Part shown: positions 1 to 10,267 of the stretch, piece by piece
Numbering within the stretch: position 1 is the stretch's first letter
Layout of the letters: every line of letters starts with the position of its first letter
From: Flavobacteriaceae bacterium
GTDB taxonomy: Bacteria > Bacteroidota > Bacteroidia > Flavobacteriales > Flavobacteriaceae
Assembly (NCBI GenBank): GCA_028277085.1
Contig: JANQHL010000230.1
Coordinates: forward strand, 1 to 57,859
DNA length: 57,859 nucleotides
Direction: 5' to 3'
The notes under the pieces: model-generated
What the model was told of the DNA's origin: nothing
Databases searched by the model: none
The model's input: the letters and a program-made list of their open reading frames with translations, nothing else
Made by a program: the position numbers and the translations under genes

Positions 1-124
1 TGGAAAAAGAACTCAGTAGCTAATCATTCAACTTCAATACTGCCATAAATGCTTGCTGAGGGATCTCAACAAGCATTTATGGCAGTATTGAAGTTGAATG
101 ATTAGCTACTGAGTTCTTTTTCCA
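1..124. repeat. 60-bp near-perfect inverted repeat (fold-back) at the window start
   Basis: 1-60 is the reverse complement of 65-124, with one mismatch (56/69) and a 4-nt loop GGAT. It mirrors the last codons and stop of the antiporter gene. Confidence 0.95.
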
Positions 125-1943
125 AATCCAGCACCTTACCTAGATACACGAGTTTACTTCCTTCATTTATGTCATTAAATGCTGTGTTGAGAGCTGGAAT
201 TATTTCTAAGGTCCCATTCGGTTTCTTTAAGAAAATTGGGATGATGTCTTTATCAGAAGCCGTAATTTCCATTAGCGTATCATAGTGTTCTTTGCCCCTA
301 AGATCTATTTCATTAACCGCGGGATAACTCCGTACGGTTTCCGTCAAATGGATAAAATCATCTGTATTTGAGAAAAGGCCTTCTTTAGGGTTATTTTCCG
401 GATTGGTCATTTCGTCACTGTCTACCAACCTGAATGCCCCATTTTCCCCAAATTGTCCGCTGAATCGCTTTAGGACATATTTGTTAATATCCGAGTTTCC
501 CGTAAGTGCCATGAGATAACCCATATCATTCAATTCGATATTGTCAGTTAGGGTATCCGAATAAATATCAGCAACAAAGGCTTCAAGGCCAAGTCTTTTG
601 GATTTTTCTACGTTGGTCTGGTTATTATCAATAAGCACCACATGTCGGTTATTCCTTTTCAAATAACTGGCGATCAATCTTGAAATTTTGGATGCCCCCA
701 CAATTAGTATTCCTTCGGATTTGGTCAGGAAAACCCCAACCAATTTGGCAAACAATCGTGCGGTAGTAGCATTGAATAATACCGTTCCTAGTACGATCAT
801 AAATACCAATGGCGTAATATATTCCGCACCGGGCTCTCCTTTTGCCAACAACTTGGATCCGAAAAGGGAGGCAATTCCTGCAGCAACAATTCCCCTGGGG
901 CCTACCCATCCGATAAAGAGTTTTTCCTTCAGCTTTAAATTGGATCCTTGAGTGCTAAGAAATACACCTAAAGGACGAATCAAGAAAACCACAGCCAGAA
1001 ACAGCCAAGCGGTATTCCAGGTACGTAGTAATTCAAGATCACTAATGTTGATGTTGGCCGCCAGCAGAATAAAGAGAATAGAAATAAGTAACACACTAAG
1101 TGATTCTTTAAAATACAAAAGCTCCTTAAGATTGGGCAAATTCATATTGCCAAGCACCATTCCCATAACCACAACTGCCAATAAGCCTGACTCATGGGCA
1201 AAAATGTCCGACTCTACAAATACAAGTAGTACTACCGACAACGACACCACATTCATCAGATAATGTGGGATCAGATTTTTTTTAATTGCAAAGGCCAAAG
1301 CATGCGCAAAAGTGAAACCAAAGGTCGTTCCAAATAACAGAATTTTTCCAAATTCTATCATCGCCGTTTGGGTGTATTGACTTCCCTGGCCTACACTAAT
1401 AAACTCAAATACAAGGACCGCAACTAATGCCCCAATAGGATCTATTAAAATTCCTTCCCATTTCAGAACTGTAGAAACATCTTTCTTTAAAGGAATATTC
1501 CGCAAGATTGGGGTTATCACCGTTGGCCCTGTCACAATGATCAAGGCGGAAAACAAAAAGGAGAGTTGCCAGGAAAGTTCGAAAATGTAATGTGCAGCCA
1601 CTCCCGCTCCAAAAAAGGTCACAAGGGAACCTACGGTTATCAATTTTGTAATCACCGGGCCAACATTAGCAATTTCGGAGCGCTTTAAAGTGAGCCCCCC
1701 TTCAAACAGGATAATACTAATGGCGAGTGAGACAAAATAGTAGAGCCCTTCCCCCGGAAACAATCCGTTTTTTCCATTCCAAATCGGTTCAATCAGCTTA
1801 GACCCATCCTCAGTGTATAAGGTAGCGATCGGTCCAACCAACAAACCTATCAGAATCAAGGGAAGTATCGCAGGAAGTTTCAATCGCCAGGCCACCCATT
1901 GTGCGATTATCCCTAATATGATTATTCCTGCCAGTTCAAGCAT
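102..1943 (-). CDS. Cation:proton antiporter (CPA1/NhaP-like) with C-terminal Rossmann-like TrkA-N/RCK domain
   Basis: Many TM helices; motifs ILFEGGL, VTGPTV, EGILIDP and GPRGIVAA; C-terminal 'ILIVGAS..SRLIA' nucleotide-binding fold. Confidence 0.9.
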   Translation of the reverse strand: MLELAGIIILGIIAQWVAWRLKLPAILPLILIGLLVGPIATLYTEDGSKLIEPIWNGKNGLFPGEGLYYFVSLAISIILFEGGLTLKRSEIANVGPVITKLITVGSLVTFFGAGVAAHYIFELSWQLSFLFSALIIVTGPTVITPILRNIPLKKDVSTVLKWEGILIDPIGALVAVLVFEFISVGQGSQYTQTAMIEFGKILLFGTTFGFTFAHALAFAIKKNLIPHYLMNVVSLSVVLLVFVESDIFAHESGLLAVVVMGMVLGNMNLPNLKELLYFKESLSVLLISILFILLAANINISDLELLRTWNTAWLFLAVVFLIRPLGVFLSTQGSNLKLKEKLFIGWVGPRGIVAAGIASLFGSKLLAKGEPGAEYITPLVFMIVLGTVLFNATTARLFAKLVGVFLTKSEGILIVGASKISRLIASYLKRNNRHVVLIDNNQTNVEKSKRLGLEAFVADIYSDTLTDNIELNDMGYLMALTGNSDINKYVLKRFSGQFGENGAFRLVDSDEMTNPENNPKEGLFSNTDDFIHLTETVRSYPAVNEIDLRGKEHYDTLMEITASDKDIIPIFLKKPNGTLEIIPALNTAFNDINEGSKLVYLGKVLDLEKELSS

Positions 1944-2124
1944 CTACTTTTTTGTGGTAAAATAGGGTTTTTATTTCAATTGATACGATTGTTTTTTCAA
2001 TTCCTAATGCGGGTACTATTCGCCATCTTTTGATCGATGTTTTGTTAAAAATCGGCCAATAATACCATGTTTTTAAGGTTGTTACCCTACGGTTTCTTAT
2101 TTTGCCCGTCATTTTGCTTTTTCC

Positions 2125-2985
2125 ATGACCTTATATCCCGTTGAGACCGGAAATTTTAAACTGGATGGAGGCGCCATGTTTGGAGTGGTCCCTAAGTCAC
2201 TTTGGTCCAAGACCAATCCTGCAGACGCTAATAACATGATAGATCTGGCGGCAAGAAGTCTTCTGGTAGAAGATGGTAATCGCTTAATTTTAATAGATAC
2301 AGGCTTGGGGAATAAGCAGTCAGATAAGTTTTTTAGCTACTATTATTTATGGGGCGGCCATAATTTGGATAGCTCCCTCAGGAAATTGGGATTTCACAGG
2401 GATGATATTACCGATGTTTTTTTGACCCATCTACATTTCGATCACTGTGGTGGAAGTATTCAGTGGAACAATGACCGTACAGGTTATGAACCCGCATTTA
2501 AAAACGCCACTTTCTGGACCAATAAAGCGCACTGGGAATGGGCAACGTTTCCCAACGCCCGGGAAAAAGCTTCATTCTTAAAGGAAAATCTTTTGCCTAT
2601 GGAAGAAAGCGGGCAGTTGCGTTTTGTGGAACATAATCAGACAGATTACCTTTCCAATTCCGAACTGGGCTTTGGCATTCTATTTGTGAATGGTCATACG
2701 GACAAACAAATGCTTCCTCATATTGTATACAAAGAGAAAACCATCGTCTTTGCGGCAGATTTGATCCCAACCGTTGGTCATATCCCCCTACCCTATGTAA
2801 TGGGATACGATACGAGACCTTTATTGACATTAAAGGAGAAGGCTACCTTTTTGGAGGAGGCAGTGGAAAAAGAATATATTTTATTTTTTGAACATGATCC
2901 TCACCATCAGCTTTGTACGTTAAAGGCTACGGAGAGAGGTGTCCGGCTTGATGAAGAGTTTACGTTTAATGAAATTTTCGATTAA
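2125..2985 (+). CDS. MBL-fold metallo-hydrolase (YtnP-like)
   Basis: THLHFDHCGG (HxHxDH) motif, LDGGAMFGVVPK N-terminus, IDTG, GHT and FEHD. Confidence 0.9.
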   Translation: MTLYPVETGNFKLDGGAMFGVVPKSLWSKTNPADANNMIDLAARSLLVEDGNRLILIDTGLGNKQSDKFFSYYYLWGGHNLDSSLRKLGFHRDDITDVFLTHLHFDHCGGSIQWNNDRTGYEPAFKNATFWTNKAHWEWATFPNAREKASFLKENLLPMEESGQLRFVEHNQTDYLSNSELGFGILFVNGHTDKQMLPHIVYKEKTIVFAADLIPTVGHIPLPYVMGYDTRPLLTLKEKATFLEEAVEKEYILFFEHDPHHQLCTLKATERGVRLDEEFTFNEIFD

Positions 2986-3013
2986 TAACATTCAGAGATA
3001 AATTAATAGAAAC

Positions 3014-4657
3014 ATGAATTTATATTTAAAATCAGTTGTTGCGCTAGTTTCAGGAACAATGCTTGTCGGTTGTGGCGCAACCAACTTGGTTTCAACCCCT
3101 GTTGAAAACATTGATACCCTACCCTTAAAAGTTACTGATCTTACAGAAAAGCAAAAGAAAAACTGGGGTCATGCCGATCTGTTAACCGATACCATTCCTG
3201 GGATGAGTATTGATCGGGCTTATCAGGAAATTATAGGGAACAAAAAAGGTAAAACCGTGGTTGTCGCGGTATTGGACTCCGGAATGGACCTGGATCATGA
3301 GGATTTGGTGGATGTACTTTGGACAAACAAAGGAGAACGGCCAGGTAATGGAAAAGATGATGATGGCAACGGATACATTGACGATATCCATGGTTATAAT
3401 TTCCTTGGGGAATCGTATAATGAGCAATTGGAATACGCCCGTATGCTTCGGCTAAACATTGGAGAGGCTTCCATGCGCGCTAAGGCGCAACTTGAATTAG
3501 ATGAAGAATACCCTAAAGCAGTGCAAAACAAACAACAATACGAGCAGATTTTACAAGTAGTACAAAATGCAGATGCTGCGGTTAAAAAGGCAACAGGGAA
3601 AGATTTGTACACCAAGGAGGAGGTTATGGCCCTTCAACCGGAGAACGAAGAACTTCAACAGCATATCGCAGTAATAAAGCAAATGTACCAGTACGAAGAC
3701 AGTATTGAGGACGTTAAAAAAGAGCTAACAGAAGGAATAACCTATTTTACCGAACGTGTTAATTACAATTTGAATAAGGAGTTTGATGGGCGTAAACCTG
3801 TGGGAGACGATCCTTACGATCTAAACAACAGGGGATATGGGAATGGGAATCCTAAAAACCGTGTTAAAGATGAAAGTCATGGGACACATGTAGCGGTTAT
3901 AATAGCCGCTACGCGAAACAATGGGAAAGTCATTAATGGTGTTGCCAATAACGTAGAATTAATGAGTATCCGAGCTGTGCCCAATGGAGATGAATACGAT
4001 AAAGACATTGCCCTGGGAATTCGCTATGCTGTGGACAACGGGGCCAAAATCATCAATTGCAGTTTTGGAAAGTCCTTTTCACCCAATGCCGAATGGGTCT
4101 TTGAGGCTATCCAATATGCTGCATCCAAAGATGTTCTAATTGTTCATGCTGCGGGAAATGACGGAAATAACATCGATGATCCCAACAATCCAAACTTCCC
4201 AAACGACCACAAATTTTCCACTTCTGAGATCTCCGACAACTTCATAAGTGTAGGGGCGCTTACCTCTTCCTATGGGTCGGATATGGTGGCCACATTCTCT
4301 AATTACGGAAAAAGTAATGTAGATGTGTTTGCCCCGGGTGATAATATCTACTCCACCATGCCGAACAACAAATATGATTTTCAAGGGGGAACATCTATGG
4401 CAGCCCCTGCAGTTGCAGGAATAGCTGCTTTAATACGCTCACAATATCCCAACCTGACCGCTTCTCAGGTTAAAAAAGTGCTTATGCAGTCCGGGCTCAC
4501 TGCTAAGGCTACAGTTGTGCTAGGTGGGGACCCTTCAAACTCCAAAGCCTTTTCAGAGATTTCCAGATCCGGAAAAATGGTCAATGCTTATAACGCACTT
4601 ATTTTAGCAAAAAGCCTTTCCAAAGGGAAATCAACTCTAGAGTATAACGTAGAATAA
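3014..4657 (+). CDS. S8 (subtilisin-family) serine peptidase, lipoprotein
   Basis: Lipobox LVGC; catalytic triad motifs VLDSG, HGTHVA and GTSMAAP; AAGN oxyanion motif. Confidence 0.93.
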   Translation: MNLYLKSVVALVSGTMLVGCGATNLVSTPVENIDTLPLKVTDLTEKQKKNWGHADLLTDTIPGMSIDRAYQEIIGNKKGKTVVVAVLDSGMDLDHEDLVDVLWTNKGERPGNGKDDDGNGYIDDIHGYNFLGESYNEQLEYARMLRLNIGEASMRAKAQLELDEEYPKAVQNKQQYEQILQVVQNADAAVKKATGKDLYTKEEVMALQPENEELQQHIAVIKQMYQYEDSIEDVKKELTEGITYFTERVNYNLNKEFDGRKPVGDDPYDLNNRGYGNGNPKNRVKDESHGTHVAVIIAATRNNGKVINGVANNVELMSIRAVPNGDEYDKDIALGIRYAVDNGAKIINCSFGKSFSPNAEWVFEAIQYAASKDVLIVHAAGNDGNNIDDPNNPNFPNDHKFSTSEISDNFISVGALTSSYGSDMVATFSNYGKSNVDVFAPGDNIYSTMPNNKYDFQGGTSMAAPAVAGIAALIRSQYPNLTASQVKKVLMQSGLTAKATVVLGGDPSNSKAFSEISRSGKMVNAYNALILAKSLSKGKSTLEYNVE

Positions 4658-4662
4658 TAACT

Positions 4663-6516
4663 ATGTTCAAGATCGTTAAAACATTCCTATTCGCCCTAAT
4701 GGGTGGCTCAGTTACATTAATTGCCCAACCCCATCCCGGATATTGGCAACAACATGTAGACTATGCCATGGATATCGCTATGGATGTGGAGACCTTTCAA
4801 TACAGTGGCACACAAAAGCTGATATACACCAACAATTCACCGGATACCCTAAACCGGGTATTTTACCATCTTTACTTTAATGCATTTCAACCGGGAAGTG
4901 AAATGGATATTCGCTTGCAAACCATACAGGATGGAGACAGCAGAATGCTTGCTGATGGAAAAAGCAGAATTGCTTCTTTACAGCCTAATGAAATAGGTTA
5001 TCTCCATGCCAAGTCGCTTACTCAGGATGGTATAGTTGTGGAGCATAATGAAGAAGGAACCATACTGGTGGTTGACCTTGCACAACCTATTCTGCCAGGT
5101 AAAAGCAGCACCTTTAACATGACATTTGAAGGACAGGTGCCAGTACAAATTAGGAGGTCCGGTAGAAATAGCAAAGAAGGAATTGCATTATCAATGAGCC
5201 AATGGTATCCCAAAATGGTAGAGTATGATGTTGAAGGCTGGCATCCCAATCCCTACATTGCCAGAGAGTTTCATGGGGTTTGGGGGGATTTTGATGTGAA
5301 GATTACTATTGACAAGGAATACACGATTGGTGGCACCGGCTATTTACAAAATCCACAGGAAATTGGACATGGTTACGAGTCTCCAGACACAAAAGTTAAA
5401 ACCAAGGGCAAAACGTTGACATGGCATTTTAAAGCACCGAAAGTTCACGACTTTATGTGGGGGGCAGACCCTGAGTATGTACATGATATCGTGGAGATGG
5501 AGAACGGGCCTAAGTTGCATTTCTTTTACAAGGATAAGCCCGAGATTCTTGAAAATTGGAAGAATCTCCAGCAAAAAACGGCACAGGCCATGGAGTTTTT
5601 TACTAAGAATGTCGGACCCTATCCCTATGATCAGTTCTCTGTGGTGCAAGGTGGTGATGGCGGAATGGAATACCCTATGAGTACCTTGATCACTGGTGAA
5701 CGACAATTTGGTAGCCTGGTCGGGGTTATGGTACACGAAATGGGGCATTCCTGGTTTCAACAGGTGGTCGCCACCAATGAAGCCAAGTATGAATGGATGG
5801 ATGAAGGATTTACGGTGTTCATAAGCAGTTTATGCATGAACCAGATCATGGAGCAAGGATTGGACAACCCTTTTGAACGGTCATATACAGGCTATTACGC
5901 ATTGGTTAAATCAGGTAAAGAGCATCCTCAAACAACACATGCTGATCGCTATGATTTAAATTTTGCGTACGGAATTTCTGCCTATAGTAAAGGTGCCATT
6001 TTTCTTTCCCAGTTAGGGTATATTATTGGACAAGACAAACTGATGGAAAGCCTACAAAAGTTCTATTCTGATTTTAAATTTACACACCCTCTTCCTAACG
6101 ACTTTAAACGTACAGCTGAAAAGGTTTCAGGTGTGCAGTTGGATTGGTATTTGACTGATTGGACGCAAACTACCAATACTATTGATTATGCAATTAAAGC
6201 CGTTGAAGCAGAAGGTAACTCTACGAAAATTGTCTTGGAAAGAATTGGGCTAATGCCTATGCCCCTAGATATTCTTCTGGTATCGAATGATGGTACACAG
6301 GAAACCCTCTACATTCCACTACGTATGATGCGAGGTGAAAAAGATAACCCTTTTCCTGATCTGAAAAGAACAGTACTAAAAGATTGGCCCTGGGCGTACC
6401 CTACCTATGAGTTCGTTATAGATAAGCCTTTGGAAACTATTCAGGGAATATCCGTTGATCCTTCACAGCTAATGGCAGATGTAGATCGCAGCAACAATCT
6501 TTGGCAAAGCAACTAA
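4663..6516 (+). CDS. M1-family zinc aminopeptidase
   Basis: GGMEY and HEMGH-x18-E (HEXXH...E) motifs, AYSKG, signal peptide. Confidence 0.92.
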   Translation: MFKIVKTFLFALMGGSVTLIAQPHPGYWQQHVDYAMDIAMDVETFQYSGTQKLIYTNNSPDTLNRVFYHLYFNAFQPGSEMDIRLQTIQDGDSRMLADGKSRIASLQPNEIGYLHAKSLTQDGIVVEHNEEGTILVVDLAQPILPGKSSTFNMTFEGQVPVQIRRSGRNSKEGIALSMSQWYPKMVEYDVEGWHPNPYIAREFHGVWGDFDVKITIDKEYTIGGTGYLQNPQEIGHGYESPDTKVKTKGKTLTWHFKAPKVHDFMWGADPEYVHDIVEMENGPKLHFFYKDKPEILENWKNLQQKTAQAMEFFTKNVGPYPYDQFSVVQGGDGGMEYPMSTLITGERQFGSLVGVMVHEMGHSWFQQVVATNEAKYEWMDEGFTVFISSLCMNQIMEQGLDNPFERSYTGYYALVKSGKEHPQTTHADRYDLNFAYGISAYSKGAIFLSQLGYIIGQDKLMESLQKFYSDFKFTHPLPNDFKRTAEKVSGVQLDWYLTDWTQTTNTIDYAIKAVEAEGNSTKIVLERIGLMPMPLDILLVSNDGTQETLYIPLRMMRGEKDNPFPDLKRTVLKDWPWAYPTYEFVIDKPLETIQGISVDPSQLMADVDRSNNLWQSN

Positions 6517-6540
6517 AAAAGCTTCAAACAATGCTACTGA

Positions 6541-6580
6541 AATCCGTTTGCCAAGCTTGACAAACGGATTGTTTATTTTT
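6541..6580 (+). terminator. Probable intrinsic terminator after the M1 peptidase
   Basis: Stem AATCCGTTTG/CAAACGGATT (6541-6550/6561-6570) followed by GTTTATTTTT. Confidence 0.6.
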
Positions 6581-6584
6581 AACC

Positions 6585-6971
6585 ATGGATTTTTCTTTCC
6601 CAAAAAAAGAAAGGCTTACGAGCAAAAAAAGATTTCAACAGCTTTTTGAGGAAGGAAAACACCTAACGGCTTTTCCACTGCGGATGTATTATCTTCCTTT
6701 TCAAAATAACGAAGAGCCAAAATTCAAAATAGCGGTTGTAGCACCGAAGAAACACTTTAAAAGTGCCGTAAAACGCAATAGGATAAAACGGCTGCTAAGG
6801 GAGTGTTACCGCCTCAATAAACATCGCATTTTTAACAATACCAAGGGACAATATGCGTTGGTGATTTTATATCTTGGAAAGGAGATGCCGTCATTTAACC
6901 TGGTTGAGGGTAAAATGAACGCACTATTTAAAAAATTCCTTAAAACGATTTCTGATGAACATCCTATTTAA
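6585..6971 (+). CDS. rnpA: Ribonuclease P protein component
   Basis: FPKKERL N-terminus and AVKRNRIKRLLRE (RNR motif); basic, 128 aa. Confidence 0.95.
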   Translation: MDFSFPKKERLTSKKRFQQLFEEGKHLTAFPLRMYYLPFQNNEEPKFKIAVVAPKKHFKSAVKRNRIKRLLRECYRLNKHRIFNNTKGQYALVILYLGKEMPSFNLVEGKMNALFKKFLKTISDEHPI

Positions 6972-8580
6972 GAAACGTCTCTTGATCCCTGTTGTTGCCG
7001 CAATCATTCTGGTCACTGCAAGTAGCTTTAAACGTGATTTTTTCGAGATTGCGAAGCAAATTGAAATATTTACAACCCTTTTCAAGGAGCTTAATATGAA
7101 CTACGTGGATGAGACCAACCCTGCTGAACTTATGGATTCCGCAATAAAAAACATGCTGGATGAACTGGATCCTTATACACGGTTTCTGAATGAGCAAGAT
7201 GTTGAAGAGTATAAAATAAACAACTCAGGAGAATATTCCGGGATTGGGGCTTTGGTACGTTCCTATGACGATAGACTACTAATCATAGAGCCGTATAAGG
7301 GATATCCAGCAGATAATGCTGGGCTCAAAGCCGGGGATGAGATCGTTAAAATCGGAGAAATTCTGGTTACAGACTTTGATGACAATGCCAGTGAGCTATT
7401 AAAGGGCGCCAATGGAACCCGTGTGGAAGTGGCCTATAAACGTCAGGATGAGATGCACACCGCAACTATTATCAGGGAAGGGGTTGAAGTAGATGCTGTT
7501 CCGTATACCGCAATGATCGACGAAAAAACCGGATATATTGTGCTTTCTAAGTTCAACCGGAAAGCCTCCAGTCAAACTAAAGCAGCCATAATCGATTTAA
7601 AAGGAAAAGGTGCTGAACAATTGATTTTGGATTTGCGCGGTAATCCCGGTGGCTTGCTGTCGGAAGCTATTAATGTGACCAATCTTTTTGTGCCAAAAGG
7701 AGAATTGATTGTGACTACCAAATCCAAGGTAAAGAAATTCAACCAGGAATACCGAACAAAAAGCCAACCCGTGGATTTAGAAATTCCTCTGGTGGTTTTG
7801 ATCAACGGTAGCAGTGCCTCTGCCAGTGAAATTGTTTCCGGAGGATTACAAGATCTTGATCGTGCTGTAGTAATAGGGGCAAGAAGTTTTGGAAAAGGTC
7901 TTGTTCAACGGCCTTTAAAATTAACCTATGGCACACAGTTAAAGGTTACTATTTCCCGCTACTATACCCCTTCGGGCAGATGTATACAGTCCCTTGATTA
8001 CTGGAATAGGGATAATCAAGGGAGAGCAGTAAGAAATACGCAATTTAATACATTCAAAACCCGGAACGGAAGAACCGTAAAAGACGGGGGTGGTGTAGCT
8101 CCGGATATTGAAATTGGCGCTTTAAAAACCAATGCCCTTATTCAGGCATTGGAAAAAAACAATATCATTTTCGACTTTGCAACGGATTTTTATTATCAAA
8201 ACACCTTTGATTCTGTCAGCACTTTCGAATTCCTGGATGGTGATTACAGCAGCTTTATTGACTATGCTAAGGCGTCAGATTTCAATTTTCAAACCAAGAC
8301 CGAAAAAACGTTGGAAAAGCAGTTAAATTCGGACGAAAGCCTGCTAGGACAGGAGGTTCAAAACAAATATAGAGCGCTGTTGCTGGCGGTAAATCAAGGA
8401 AAAATTGATGCCCTAAACACCTACAAACCGATTATAGGAAAGAAAATAGAGGATGAATTGATAAAGCGTTATTTCTACAGAAAAGGGTTATATGACTATA
8501 GCCTGACCCACGACGACGCAATCTTAACGGCTACGGAACTTTTAAATGATAAAGGAAGATATAACGGTATTCTCCAATAG
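6955..8580 (+). CDS. S41 C-terminal processing peptidase (CtpA/Prc family) with PDZ domain
   Basis: LDPYT, GIGA (PDZ), LDLRGNPGG, SASASEIV and SFGKGLVQ; overlaps rnpA by 17 nt. Confidence 0.93.
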   Translation: MNILFKKRLLIPVVAAIILVTASSFKRDFFEIAKQIEIFTTLFKELNMNYVDETNPAELMDSAIKNMLDELDPYTRFLNEQDVEEYKINNSGEYSGIGALVRSYDDRLLIIEPYKGYPADNAGLKAGDEIVKIGEILVTDFDDNASELLKGANGTRVEVAYKRQDEMHTATIIREGVEVDAVPYTAMIDEKTGYIVLSKFNRKASSQTKAAIIDLKGKGAEQLILDLRGNPGGLLSEAINVTNLFVPKGELIVTTKSKVKKFNQEYRTKSQPVDLEIPLVVLINGSSASASEIVSGGLQDLDRAVVIGARSFGKGLVQRPLKLTYGTQLKVTISRYYTPSGRCIQSLDYWNRDNQGRAVRNTQFNTFKTRNGRTVKDGGGVAPDIEIGALKTNALIQALEKNNIIFDFATDFYYQNTFDSVSTFEFLDGDYSSFIDYAKASDFNFQTKTEKTLEKQLNSDESLLGQEVQNKYRALLLAVNQGKIDALNTYKPIIGKKIEDELIKRYFYRKGLYDYSLTHDDAILTATELLNDKGRYNGILQ

Positions 8581-9786
8581 TTGACACGTTTCAGATTCTT
8601 ACTACCTTTTTTCTTTGGGATTGTTTCAATTCTTGAGGCACAAAAACCTCTGGAAAAAGGTAAAATACTCGATTCTATTCCGGTAAATACATCAGACCAT
8701 GAGACTTTTGCCCTATACCTCCCCTCCAGTTTTAATGAAAATACATTAAATCCGGTTGTTTTTGTATTTGAGCCGGCAGCACGAGGAAAAATAGGCGTTC
8801 AGCCCTTTATTAGCTCAGCCGAAAAGTATGGGCTTATTGTTATCTGTTCCAATTCCTCGAGAAATGGTCCGTTTGACCGGAATTTTGATGTCGCTAATAA
8901 TCTATTTAACACTGTTTTTAACCAATTTCCTATAAAAGAGGATGAGATGTTCATCGCAGGATTCTCGGGAGGTTCCAGGCTGGCCACTGCAATAGCCTGC
9001 GTAACGGATAAGTTTTTTGGGGTAATTGCCTGTGGTGCAGGCTTTTCCTCTGTGCCTGCCTATATCCCCTCCCTTCAAAAGTTTTTGTATGCCGGACTAG
9101 TCGGTACCGCAGACATGAATTATTCCGAAATGCTGAGAAACAAAAAACTATTAGGAGAATTAAATTTTACCAATACCCTTTTCACTTTTGAGGCCGGGCA
9201 CAGTTGGCCCGCAACGGTGGAAATAAGTCGTGCTTTTGATTGGTTATATCTTCAACATCCCGACAAGCAAAAAGATCCTTCGTTTAGCAATACATTATCG
9301 AAACAATTTGAGCATACATATCATCTTGCCGTAGCATTTGAGGATACAGGAAAACTGCTATTCGCCGCCGAAAATTATGAAAGAATCATTGCCTCATACA
9401 CCACTTTCTTTGATATAGATAGCATCATTAATAGGTACAATCGCTTATCTAAATCCAAACCTTTTAAAAAAGCCAACAAACAATTATATAAGGCACTAAC
9501 ATTTGAAAATAAGCTCCGAAATAAATTGCTTACTAAACTCAATTCCGATTTACAACAACCTAGTAATATCGATCTTCCTTGGTGGAAGAAAGAAGTAGCC
9601 GATTTGAACGCATTGGGAGATGAAAGTAGTAATAGCGCTATGAAAAATATGGTTAAGCGCCTGAAATTTGTGATAGTAGCAAGCGTATATGAGCGAAATG
9701 GGTCAGATACTGATAACTGGAACGACGTACAACGGAAGATGTTTAGAGAGATTCGGGAAATTGTATTTCCCAGCGACACGCAATAA
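8581..9786 (+). CDS. Secreted alpha/beta-hydrolase-like hypothetical protein with helical C-terminal region
   Basis: TTG start directly after the S41 stop; signal peptide; GFSGG nucleophile elbow; GTAD and AGHSWP as candidate Asp and His. Confidence 0.65.
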   Translation: MTRFRFLLPFFFGIVSILEAQKPLEKGKILDSIPVNTSDHETFALYLPSSFNENTLNPVVFVFEPAARGKIGVQPFISSAEKYGLIVICSNSSRNGPFDRNFDVANNLFNTVFNQFPIKEDEMFIAGFSGGSRLATAIACVTDKFFGVIACGAGFSSVPAYIPSLQKFLYAGLVGTADMNYSEMLRNKKLLGELNFTNTLFTFEAGHSWPATVEISRAFDWLYLQHPDKQKDPSFSNTLSKQFEHTYHLAVAFEDTGKLLFAAENYERIIASYTTFFDIDSIINRYNRLSKSKPFKKANKQLYKALTFENKLRNKLLTKLNSDLQQPSNIDLPWWKKEVADLNALGDESSNSAMKNMVKRLKFVIVASVYERNGSDTDNWNDVQRKMFREIREIVFPSDTQ

Positions 9787-9814
9787 CTCCTTGTTAACCT
9801 GAAACCCTATACGT

Positions 9815-10267
9815 TTAAGAAGATATCCGTTTCATTTTGATATGTGGAATACCATCTTCCATATACTCTCCGCCCACAGCTTTAAATCCCAAGTCTTTAT
9901 AAAATCGCTTCAAATACGTCTGGGCAGCAAGTTCTAGGATCGGCGCTTTTAAGACTTCATCTGCATACTTTATACAATGTTCAACGATCACTTTTCCAAA
10001 ACCACTTTTTCTGAAGCCATTCCTTACCACTACCCTTCCTATTGCAGCGTTTTCAAAATAATCCCCTCCTGAAAACACCCGCGCATAAGCCACCAGTTCA
10101 TCCCTATAGATGCCTAAAGCATGATATGCCTTTTTATCCTTACCGTCAATATCCTGATAGATGCAGTTTTGCTCCACCACAAAAACTTCACTTCGTAACC
10201 GCAATAGTTCGTAAAGCTCTTCCAAAGAAAGTTCTTCAAAAGGTTTAATTCTTACTTCCAGCTCCAT
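9815..10267 (-). CDS. GNAT acetyltransferase, ElaA-like
   Basis: LRSEVFVVEQNC.YQD.D, IGRVVV, AQ.YL..FY and EDGIPH motifs. Confidence 0.9.
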   Translation of the reverse strand: MELEVRIKPFEELSLEELYELLRLRSEVFVVEQNCIYQDIDGKDKKAYHALGIYRDELVAYARVFSGGDYFENAAIGRVVVRNGFRKSGFGKVIVEHCIKYADEVLKAPILELAAQTYLKRFYKDLGFKAVGGEYMEDGIPHIKMKRISS

